Positions 10,646 to 17,844 of a DNA stretch of 64,000 nucleotides are shown here, one piece after another (within the stretch, counting starts at the first letter, position 1; each line of letters begins with the position of its first letter). The DNA comes from Escherichia coli. Lineage in GTDB: Bacteria; Pseudomonadota; Gammaproteobacteria; Enterobacterales; Enterobacteriaceae. A program made the translations under genes and the position numbers. The notes beneath the pieces are model-generated. The model was not told the DNA's origin and did no database searches. It saw only the letters and a program-made list of their open reading frames with translations. The stretch is taken from assembly GCF_030013595.1 (NCBI RefSeq), contig NZ_CP122768.1. One strand, 5' to 3'.

Positions 10646-10777
10646 TCTTATTTAAACTGGTTCCCTAACTCAGGTCCTCCAACTTGGTGTCTTATTTAAA
10701 CTGGTTCCCTAACTCAGGTCCTCCAACTTGGTGTCTTATTTAAACTGGTTCCCTAACTCAGGCCCCTCCAAATTTCG
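10646..10777. repeat. Three tandem 44-bp repeats (TCTTATTTAAACTGGTTCCCTAACTCAGGTCCTCCAACTTGGTG; third copy diverges at its 3' end)
   Basis: Units start at 10646, 10690 and 10734. The first two are identical by eye. Confidence 0.9.
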
Positions 10778-10795
10778 TTGTCTGTCAGCGACTTA

Positions 10796-10818
10796 AATAT
10801 CCCCTCACCTTAGAAGAG
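10796..10818 (+). promoter_or_regulatory. Phage-RNAP-type promoter look-alike ATATCCCCTCACCTTAGAAGAGT (type 1, copy 1)
   Basis: Shares ATAyCCCCTCACywTAG with 11426..11448. Predicted +1 at 10813, followed by GAAGAG as at the SP6 promoter start. Confidence 0.5.
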
Positions 10819-10832
10819 TTTAGGGTTCAGAC

Positions 10833-10855
10833 CCTTAACTATCACCTTAGGAGAG
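10833..10855 (+). promoter_or_regulatory. Phage-RNAP-type promoter look-alike CCTTAACTATCACCTTAGGAGAG (type 2, copy 1)
   Basis: Shares CCCTwAACTATCACywTAGGrGrGA with 11452..11474. Predicted +1 at 10850, 52 nt upstream of the ATG at 10902. Confidence 0.5.
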
Positions 10856-10901
10856 ACGGGCCGTCCTCCACCCAATCAAAACCTTAAGAGGAGGACCATA
10901 C

Positions 10902-11402
10902 ATGGCTATTAAAATTCAGTGCTACACCGAGTCCGACAATGCGGCTTTCTTCGGTGACGATTCCGACCTCCAGCACCAGCTACCAGCACCGACATATGAC
11001 GAACCTAAGGCCCGCACAGGTAAGCCTCCTGTGGTCATCGACAACCGGGCTGTCCGTGCGTGGCTGATTGAGACTGGGTGTCTCTCCTATACGCAGCTTG
11101 TTGAGGCGTACCCGTGGGCTGACGATGTGTTCACAGGACTCTCACGGGCTACCAGTGGCGCTGTCGGTGCTGGACTCCCGGTATCTAAGGCGTACCTGTT
11201 CTCTGCCTTATATGGCACCAACGACATCTTCTCCCGTAACACAGCCAAATCCTACGCTGACATCACTGGGCGTTCACCGTCTCCTCGCTACCTGCGCCAC
11301 GTCAATAGCGTGCTTCAGGCTACGGCTGTGAATCTGGCTAAGGTTCTGAAGGACCGAGGGGATTTCACATGGTGGGATTACAACGATCAGTGCCTGTCCT
11401 GA
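10902..11402 (+). CDS. Hypothetical 166-aa protein, first gene downstream of the tandem promoter-like pair
   Basis: ATG preceded by AAGAGGAGGA. No domain I can recognise. Confidence 0.6.
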   Translation: MAIKIQCYTESDNAAFFGDDSDLQHQLPAPTYDEPKARTGKPPVVIDNRAVRAWLIETGCLSYTQLVEAYPWADDVFTGLSRATSGAVGAGLPVSKAYLFSALYGTNDIFSRNTAKSYADITGRSPSPRYLRHVNSVLQATAVNLAKVLKDRGDFTWWDYNDQCLS

Positions 11403-11425
11403 GAGCCGCGCCAGCTCTGGGCTGG

Positions 11426-11448
11426 AATACCCCCTCACTATAGGGACA
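11426..11448 (+). promoter_or_regulatory. Phage-RNAP-type promoter look-alike AATACCCCCTCACTATAGGGACA (type 1, copy 2)
   Basis: By hand alignment, 18 of 23 positions equal the T3 consensus AATTAACCCTCACTAAAGGGAGA and 16 of 23 equal the T7 consensus TAATACGACTCACTATAGGGAGA. Confidence 0.6.
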
Positions 11449-11451
11449 CCC

Positions 11452-11474
11452 CCTAAACTATCACTATAGGGGGG
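11452..11474 (+). promoter_or_regulatory. Phage-RNAP-type promoter look-alike CCTAAACTATCACTATAGGGGGG (type 2, copy 2)
   Basis: CACTATAGGG core. Its +1 lies 26 bp downstream of that of the previous site, forming a tandem pair like 10796/10833. Confidence 0.55.
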
Positions 11475-11712
11475 ACCAACCTTGCCTCTGCTTCTGATGC
11501 GTCAGAACACGCGAGGTCCTCCCGACATTAAGTATTCTCCTAAGTAATCAAGGCCCGTGACCGCCTCTGACAGACCTCCTGTATCGACCTCCAGCTCGTT
11601 AGCGTTCTTTAGTCGTCTCGGTTAGTAGGTAACCGGCTCATTTAAACCGTCTGGTCTGTTTCCTCCGGCTCTACAAAAATAATGTCCATCATTTTTTAAT
11701 GGACACTATCGT

Positions 11713-12360
11713 ATGAAACACCGGACCTGGATCACTGAAGCTTTACGTCTTCACTTTGAAGAACATTTACCCCGGGTTGTGGCCGGGCGTCGCCTGGGTG
11801 TACCAAAATCAACAGTTTGTAGTATGTTCGTGCGCTTTCGGAGAGCTGGCCTTTCGTGGCCTTTGCCCGCAGGCATGTCGGAGCAGGAACTTGATGCCTG
11901 CCTTTACGGACAATTTTCCACGGTACCAGTCGTACGTCCTGAAAGCACCGTTATATCCGAAGCCCCCGTGGTAAAAAAACGTCCCCGGCGGCCCAACTTC
12001 CCTTATGAGTTTAAAATCGCCTTAGTGGAGCAGTCACTGCAGCCCGGAGCCTGTGTGGCGCAGATCGCCCGGGAAAACGGAATCAACGATAACCTGCTCT
12101 TCAACTGGCGCCATCAATACCGGAAAGGTGGCCTGCTGCCTTCCGGAAAAAATATGCCGGCACTGCTTCCCGTGACGTTAACGCCGGAGCCGGATAATAA
12201 AATCCCGGCCCCCGCACAGGAACCAGAGCAGATAAATACACCGTCCGACAGTCTGTGTTGTGAGCTGGTTCTGCCGGCCGGAACTCTCAGGCTTAAAGGT
12301 AAACTGACGCCGGCGTTATTACAGACACTTATCCGCGAAATAAAAGGGAGCAGCCACTGA
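11713..12360 (+). CDS. tnpA: IS66-family accessory protein TnpA (HTH)
   Basis: 215-aa ORF, first of three. Its stop overlaps the tnpB start (ATGA at 12357-12362). Confidence 0.8.
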   Translation: MKHRTWITEALRLHFEEHLPRVVAGRRLGVPKSTVCSMFVRFRRAGLSWPLPAGMSEQELDACLYGQFSTVPVVRPESTVISEAPVVKKRPRRPNFPYEFKIALVEQSLQPGACVAQIARENGINDNLLFNWRHQYRKGGLLPSGKNMPALLPVTLTPEPDNKIPAPAQEPEQINTPSDSLCCELVLPAGTLRLKGKLTPALLQTLIREIKGSSH

Positions 12361-12707
12361 TGATATCTCTCCCTGCAGGTTCGCGTATCTGGCTGGTTGC
12401 AGGTATCACCGATATGCGAAATGGCTTTAACGGCCTGGCATCAAAAGTTCAGAACGTCCTGAAGGATGACCCGTTCTCCGGACACCTGTTCATCTTCCGC
12501 GGACGCCGGGGTGACCAGATAAAAGTGTTGTGGGCTGACAGTGACGGACTGTGCCTCTTCACCAAACGCCTGGAGCGGGGCCGCTTCGTCTGGCCAGTCA
12601 CCCGTGACGGCAAGGTGCACCTTACTCCGGCTCAGTTATCCATGCTTCTTGAAGGTATCAACTGGAAGCACCCGAAACGAACGGAACGCGCTGGAATCCG
12701 CATATAA
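12360..12707 (+). CDS. tnpB: IS66-family TnpB (Orf2)
   Basis: 115 aa, MISLPAGSRIWLVAGITDMRNGFNGLA..., typical IS66 Orf2. Confidence 0.88.
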   Translation: MISLPAGSRIWLVAGITDMRNGFNGLASKVQNVLKDDPFSGHLFIFRGRRGDQIKVLWADSDGLCLFTKRLERGRFVWPVTRDGKVHLTPAQLSMLLEGINWKHPKRTERAGIRI

Positions 12708-12726
12708 CCCGTTGTAAAGTGAGGAT

Positions 12727-14298
12727 ATGGACACCTCACTTGCTCATGAGAACGCCCGCCTGCGGGCACTGTTGCAGACGCAACAGGACACCATCCGCCA
12801 GATGGCTGAATACAACCGCCTGCTCTCACAGCGGGTGGCGGCTTATGCTTCCGAAATCAACCGGCTGAAGGCGCTGGTTGCGAAACTGCAACGTATGCAG
12901 TTCGGTAAAAGCTCAGAAAAACTTCGTGCAAAAACCGAACGGCAGATACAGGAAGCACAGGAGCGAATCAGCGCACTTCAGGAAGAAATGGCGGAAACGC
13001 TGGGTGAGCAATATGACCCGGTACTGCCATCCGCCCTGCGCCAGTCTTCAGCCCGTAAACCGTTACCGGCCTCACTTCCCCGTGAAACCCGGGTTATCCG
13101 GCCGGAAGAGGAATGCTGTCCTGCCTGTGGTGGTGAACTCAGTTCTCTGGGATGTGATGTGTCAGAGCAACTGGAGCTTATCAGCAGCGCCTTTAAGGTT
13201 ATCGAAACACAACGTCCGAAACAGGCCTGTTGCCGGTGCGACCATATCGTACAGGCACCAGTACCTTCAAAACCCATTGCACGCAGTTATGCCGGAGCGG
13301 GGCTTCTGGCCCATGTTGTCACCGGGAAATATGCAGACCATCTGCCGTTATACCGCCAGTCAGAAATATACCGTCGTCAGGGAGTGGAGCTGAGCCGTGC
13401 CACACTGGGGCGCTGGACAGGTGCTGTTGCTGAACTGCTGGAGCCGCTGTATGACGTCCTGCGCCAGTATGTGCTGATGCCCGGTAAAGTCCATGCTGAT
13501 GATATCCCCGTCCCGGTCCAGGAGCCGGGCAGCGGTAAAACCCGGACAGCCCGGCTGTGGGTCTACGTCCGTGATGACCGTAACGCCGGTTCACAGATGC
13601 CCCCGGCGGTCTGGTTCGCGTACAGTCCGGACCGGAAAGGTATCCATCCACAAAATCACCTGGCCGGTTACAGCGGTGTGCTTCAGGCCGATGCTTACGG
13701 TGGTTACCGGGCGTTATACGAATCCGGCAGAATAACGGAAGCCGCGTGTATGGCTCATGCCCGGAGAAAAATCCACGATGTGCATGCAAGAGCGCCCACC
13801 TACATCACCACGGAAGCCCTGCAGCGTATCGGTGAACTGTATGCCATCGAGGCAGAGGTCCGGGGCTGTTCAGCAGAACAGCGTCTGGCGGCAAGAAAAG
13901 CCAGAGCCGCGCCACTGATGCAGTCACTGTATGACTGGATACAGCAACAGATGAAAACACTGTCGCGTCACTCAGATACGGCAAAAGCGTTCGCATACCT
14001 GCTGAAACAGTGGGATGCACTGAACGTGTACTGCAGTAATGGCTGGGTGGAAATCGACAACAACATCGCAGAGAACGCCTTACGGGGAGTGGCCGTAGGC
14101 CGGAAAAACTGGATGTTCGCGGGTTCCGACAGCGGTGGTGAACATGCGGCGGTGTTGTACTCGCTGATCGGCACATGCCGTCTGAACAATGTGGAGCCAG
14201 AAAAGTGGCTGCGTTACGTCATTGAACATATCCAGGACTGGCCGGCAAACCGGGTACGCGATCTGTTGCCCTGGAAAGTTGATCTGAGCTCTCAGTAA
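12727..14298 (+). CDS. tnpC: IS66-family DDE transposase TnpC
   Basis: 523 aa with N-terminal leucine-zipper-like region, CxxC zinc motif ([12 protein letters not shown]) and DDE core, typical of IS66 transposases. Confidence 0.9.
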   Translation: MDTSLAHENARLRALLQTQQDTIRQMAEYNRLLSQRVAAYASEINRLKALVAKLQRMQFGKSSEKLRAKTERQIQEAQERISALQEEMAETLGEQYDPVLPSALRQSSARKPLPASLPRETRVIRPEEECCPACGGELSSLGCDVSEQLELISSAFKVIETQRPKQACCRCDHIVQAPVPSKPIARSYAGAGLLAHVVTGKYADHLPLYRQSEIYRRQGVELSRATLGRWTGAVAELLEPLYDVLRQYVLMPGKVHADDIPVPVQEPGSGKTRTARLWVYVRDDRNAGSQMPPAVWFAYSPDRKGIHPQNHLAGYSGVLQADAYGGYRALYESGRITEAACMAHARRKIHDVHARAPTYITTEALQRIGELYAIEAEVRGCSAEQRLAARKARAAPLMQSLYDWIQQQMKTLSRHSDTAKAFAYLLKQWDALNVYCSNGWVEIDNNIAENALRGVAVGRKNWMFAGSDSGGEHAAVLYSLIGTCRLNNVEPEKWLRYVIEHIQDWPANRVRDLLPWKVDLSSQ

Positions 14299-14582
14299 AT
14301 ATCAATACGGTTCTGACGAGTCGCTTACGTTAGTAGCTCGTCTACTCACTACATTGGCTTAAGTCTATCACCGCTCACCATCTGGAGTCCTTACAGCTCG
14401 TCCTGACATGCGGTCTCACCTTATATGCACATGGAGAACATGGCCACTCCAGACCAACACTAATCAACATTAACCCTATTCACTTTCGTTAAGCATTTTT
14501 TGGTGGGTCCGTTTGGATGCATTGAATAGGTGCGGACTCCACGTGGAGACAGAAAGTGCTTTACTAAAGGAGCATCCTTTAT

Positions 14583-14972
14583 ATGACTATTAAATCCATC
14601 GTTATCAACGGTAAGACCATCCTGTCTACACCTAACGCCATCAATGAGGGTGTCTGGTTCGACATGCTTGAGGTCCATCAAGCTGCTGGCTTGCCTGCTA
14701 ACAAGACGTTCTCACAGTGGCGCAGCCGACAGTCTCGTGCATTAGAAGAGGCTGGAGAGGTGTCGTTTGACAGTGTACAGAAGACCCTGTGTGGCAGCTT
14801 TGTGGCAGTGCTGGCCTACCTTATGTGGGCGGACCTTACTCTCTGGCTGGCGGTGGTTCGTTACGTTGCGTCTGAGACTATCGGCGTCCTGCCTGACCGC
14901 TTCAAGTCTATCGACGGTGATAACCCCGAGTTAGAAATGTCAGAGGATAACAGCGAGTGGGAGGACTTCTAA
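14583..14972 (+). CDS. KilA-N-like domain protein (129 aa) with acidic C-terminal tail ending ...SEDNSEWEDF
   Basis: SD TAAAGGAG. The N-terminus is paralogous to the next ORF (both have GLPA[NS]K..S[QE]W). See finding on the tail. Confidence 0.6.
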   Translation: MTIKSIVINGKTILSTPNAINEGVWFDMLEVHQAAGLPANKTFSQWRSRQSRALEEAGEVSFDSVQKTLCGSFVAVLAYLMWADLTLWLAVVRYVASETIGVLPDRFKSIDGDNPELEMSEDNSEWEDF

Positions 14973-14973
14973 G

Positions 14974-15714
14974 ATGACCATGAGCCAGCTTGAAGCATTA
15001 CCTATCGTCATCGAGGGTCATTCATTCATCTGCAACGACCAGCGCATGTGGAACCTGAACGAGATTCACCGAGTGTTAGGTCTTCCAGCAAGCAAGATGC
15101 CGTCTGAGTGGAATAACAAGATTCGCACACAACTTGACCGCTCCGGAAATTTCCGGACCGTGAATGGTGACGGCGGTGGTACATGGGCGACCGAGGCTGG
15201 GACCGTGGCTTATGCTATGTGGGTCTCTACAGATTTCTACCTGATGGTCATCAATGCTTTCATCTTTATGCGTAACGACGCAATCGTCCGAGAGCGTGTA
15301 GCGGTCAAACAGGCTGACGAGGCTAACGCTAACCTCTCCATCGCAGCACCTAAGGCAGACATCTTTGACGGTCGTCTGACCAATGGTGGCTCTGTTCCGT
15401 GGAACTGGGCGTGTAAATCTTTGGGTCTTGCCCCGATGAAACTGAAAGAGGGCTTGAAGCGCTCCGGTAAGTTCGTCCAGAAGTGGAACCCTGACAGTTA
15501 CGCCGACGAGCTTCGACCTCAGGAGAAGGCGTTCAGTATTGGACTATTCGTCACTAAGTCAGTCATGGGTAAAGACACATGGCAGGTGACAGCTAAAGGC
15601 TACGCATGGATGCAGGGGAACGCCCAGAAGTGGAGAGAGCTAATAGCTGATGGTGACCGCTTAAAGGCTGCTGAGCGTCGAGCACAGAAGCGTCTTAACC
15701 GTGGAGGTAAGTAG
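14974..15714 (+). CDS. KilA-N N-terminal / ANT-like C-terminal (antirepressor-type) DNA-binding protein, 246 aa
   Basis: N-terminal pattern IEGHSF..MWNLNEIHRVLGLPASK..GGGTWATEAGTVAYAMWVS fits KilA-N. The C-terminal LGLAPMKLKEGLKRSGKF...QVTAKGYAWM fits the ANT C-terminal pattern as I remember it. Starts 1 nt after the previous stop. Confidence 0.6.
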   Translation: MTMSQLEALPIVIEGHSFICNDQRMWNLNEIHRVLGLPASKMPSEWNNKIRTQLDRSGNFRTVNGDGGGTWATEAGTVAYAMWVSTDFYLMVINAFIFMRNDAIVRERVAVKQADEANANLSIAAPKADIFDGRLTNGGSVPWNWACKSLGLAPMKLKEGLKRSGKFVQKWNPDSYADELRPQEKAFSIGLFVTKSVMGKDTWQVTAKGYAWMQGNAQKWRELIADGDRLKAAERRAQKRLNRGGK

Positions 15715-15716
15715 TC

Positions 15717-15941
15717 ATGGCTATGATTGACCCTCGTACACCTATCGGCAAAGCGACCCTTCGTTACCGTGGTCTGCCTACACGTCATCTGCTGTCCCTG
15801 CTGAGACTTGGAGTCGAAGACCCCGAACGCCCGTACTACAGTCGAGACGAGCTAATAGCTATGTTGGTGGACCGTGATTTAGACAATCAGTTACGCCGAG
15901 CCTTTGCGAAGTCTAGCGCAGCTAGGGAACTGGAGTCCTGA
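15717..15941 (+). CDS. Hypothetical 74-aa protein
   Basis: ATG 2 nt after the previous stop, SD GGAGGTAAG. No recognisable domain. Confidence 0.5.
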   Translation: MAMIDPRTPIGKATLRYRGLPTRHLLSLLRLGVEDPERPYYSRDELIAMLVDRDLDNQLRRAFAKSSAARELES

Positions 15942-16146
15942 ACCTTATGGGGCAGAAAAACCGCCGCATAAACCTATCGTCTGCTGACCGAAGTTTCGAC
16001 GCATTGAGCCAGACGGAAAAGTTTTCCTGCTGGTAAACCACCTTAATTTAAACACCTTTTGAGAATGACCGATGCGGGGAGACCCGTAGGCATAACTGTG
16101 TCTGCGATACCGATAGTTCTCACCTTCTCAATAGGAGTACTACCTT

Positions 16147-16638
16147 ATGTTATTCAACAACAACGACTGGAAACTATCAGTCACCGACATCAATCCCTAT
16201 GAAAATACTGTGAGTCTGGACGGTCAGTCCTATCCGCTGTCTCTGGCGATTAAGACCCTGATTCCGGGCTACCTGTCAGGCTTACCGTCCACCAGCCGCG
16301 AGGCGATGGAGTTACTGGAAGCTCTGGCTGAAGCTGGCGTGTCCATTGGCAACTTCTTCAGTAATGACCTGATGACCGCCTATGGTCGCCGCCAGCAGAA
16401 CAAGCGAGCCGAAGCTGAGCGTATTGCTAAAGAGCAGCGCATTCAGGCTGAGCGTATGCGTGAAGAGAACATGACTGATGCAGAGTGGCAGAAAGAGCTA
16501 CAGCGCCGTGAACAGGTCAAAGCTGAACGCCGGACCTATGGTGAGCACCTCCGCAGTGCTACCCATTCCGCTGGGCGCTCCCGTGCTTCTATGGTCGCTG
16601 ACATTGAGTCCACGGACAACTGGATGGACAGCCTCTAA
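16147..16638 (+). CDS. Scaffold-like coiled-coil protein (163 aa)
   Basis: SD AGGAG. The charged heptad-like stretch RRQQNKRAEAERIAKEQRIQAERMREENMTDAEWQKELQRREQVKAERR sits immediately upstream of the capsid-like gene. Function is inferred from position and composition only. Confidence 0.4.
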   Translation: MLFNNNDWKLSVTDINPYENTVSLDGQSYPLSLAIKTLIPGYLSGLPSTSREAMELLEALAEAGVSIGNFFSNDLMTAYGRRQQNKRAEAERIAKEQRIQAERMREENMTDAEWQKELQRREQVKAERRTYGEHLRSATHSAGRSRASMVADIESTDNWMDSL

Positions 16639-16713
16639 GACACAGACACACAAGTGGTCCTGACCTGATGTCGGGACCCACAGTATCCAAACTAATTTAG
16701 GAGATTGATTATT

Positions 16714-17700
16714 ATGACGATTAAAGACGCTTTCCAGTTCGGCATTGAGCCAGTACGTATCAGCGACACCGACAACATTCAGATTAACGAAGGTTTGCCA
16801 ACTAACGCAGACCCGCAGGTCTATGCCCTCCAGTTAGCTAAGACGGTTAAGGCTATGCTGAACGGTGTACTTAAAGACGCTCAAGAGAACATCCCGTTCC
16901 CTGTAGAAGTCCTGCCGACCCGCAATAGCCTGCCTACTCCAATCATTGCTCACACTCTGGCTGATCGCTCTGTGGTCGTTCCTGTCCGTGGTGGTAAGCG
17001 ACCTGAAGTCGTGACCGTTCCGTCTGGACAAGAAATCGTGGTCGAACCAATCGAGCAGGCTATTCTCATCTCTGAGCAGACCAAGCTCTGGGACGCCAAG
17101 TCATCCACCGGATTCACTCAGGGCACACTTCAGCAGGACGCTATGAACATCTGTGAGAATGTGGTCCGTACCATCAACGCTCGCATGGTCGACGTTCTGG
17201 AGTCCTCCAAACTGTTGAAGACCGTAGAGCTGCCAGTCCTGACTGGAAGCCTGACCACTAAGGCAGACGCTATCATGGACGCTCTGTTTGAGAACACCGA
17301 GTCCTCTTTCGGCTCTGAAGTGTCTGATTACGGCATCATCGCCCATGAGTCCCAACTGAAAGCGCTGTCCCGTCTGGCAGCTAAACAGGGCTTCTCTGGT
17401 GGAGACGCTATCGTGGATATGCTGGGTACCGACATCGCCTATTACAACGGTGAAGACAAGGGTGTATTCATGCTGGCTAAACGCTTCACGGCCCTGAGCT
17501 TCGGCTGCTTCCGTCACGACGGTGAGAATATTACGGTCGTCCTTTCACGTGATGGCGACTCTCAGTCCCACGACTTGGAAATCCTCGGTAAAGTGTTCGT
17601 TGTCGCTGAAGCTGCTACGACCATCAAGATGGGCACTGGCTCAGCTACTGCCGTCCTGCCTGTAGTCAAACGCCTGAAGTTCACCAAGACCGAAGCGTAA
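16714..17700 (+). CDS. Putative HK97-fold major capsid protein (328 aa)
   Basis: ATG at 16714 after TAGGAG. Size and the C-terminal pattern (GIIAHESQLKAL...MLGTDIAYYNGEDKGVFMLAKRFTALSF...ITVVLSRDGDSQSHDLEILGKVFVVAEAA) resemble HK97-type coat proteins. No obvious similarity to T7 gp10 by eye. Confidence 0.45.
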   Translation: MTIKDAFQFGIEPVRISDTDNIQINEGLPTNADPQVYALQLAKTVKAMLNGVLKDAQENIPFPVEVLPTRNSLPTPIIAHTLADRSVVVPVRGGKRPEVVTVPSGQEIVVEPIEQAILISEQTKLWDAKSSTGFTQGTLQQDAMNICENVVRTINARMVDVLESSKLLKTVELPVLTGSLTTKADAIMDALFENTESSFGSEVSDYGIIAHESQLKALSRLAAKQGFSGGDAIVDMLGTDIAYYNGEDKGVFMLAKRFTALSFGCFRHDGENITVVLSRDGDSQSHDLEILGKVFVVAEAATTIKMGTGSATAVLPVVKRLKFTKTEA

Positions 17701-17844
17701 GACCAATGGGTAAGAGGTAAGTCTGGACTGAATATCAGCAGGACTTCAGGTGGTGGCCTGTCACTGTGATTAACTAACTACGGTCTGGACCAATGGTCTG
17801 GGCCTTATTACTGGTATGGTAGTATACAGGCGAAGGAGGACCCA

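Larger units (their letters stand above)
11629..14328 (+). mobile_element. IS66-family insertion sequence, copy 1 (2700 bp)
   Basis: Ends GTAACCGGCTCATTTAAACCG... and ...CGGTTCTGACGAGTCGCTTAC (imperfect IRs starting GTAA). 8-bp TSD GTTAGTAG at 11621-11628 and 14329-14336. tnpA-tnpB-tnpC layout. Confidence 0.92.

Noticed and set aside
10646-10777. Possible CRISPR array (regular 44-bp repeats)
   Set aside because: The repeats are directly contiguous with no spacers, there are only three units, and there are no cas genes nearby. This is a tandem repeat or iteron array.
11426-11474. T7/T3 promoter from cloning-vector contamination
   Set aside because: Neither site is an exact T7, T3 or SP6 promoter, and there are no flanking polylinker or vector sequences. 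Related variant copies occur at 10796/10833, and the whole block sits inside a coherent island with att repeats.
12878-13789. Several 67-171-aa alternative-frame and antisense ORFs inside IS66 tnpC (mirrored in copy 2 at 26341-27252)
   Set aside because: They lie within a GC-rich transposase gene where long spurious frames are expected. Their products are Arg/Pro/Ser-rich nonsense.
15947-16036. 29-aa ORF MGQKNRRINLSSADRSFDALSQTEKFSCW in the island spacer
   Set aside because: It has no convincing SD at proper spacing and is very short. It cannot be supported from sequence alone.
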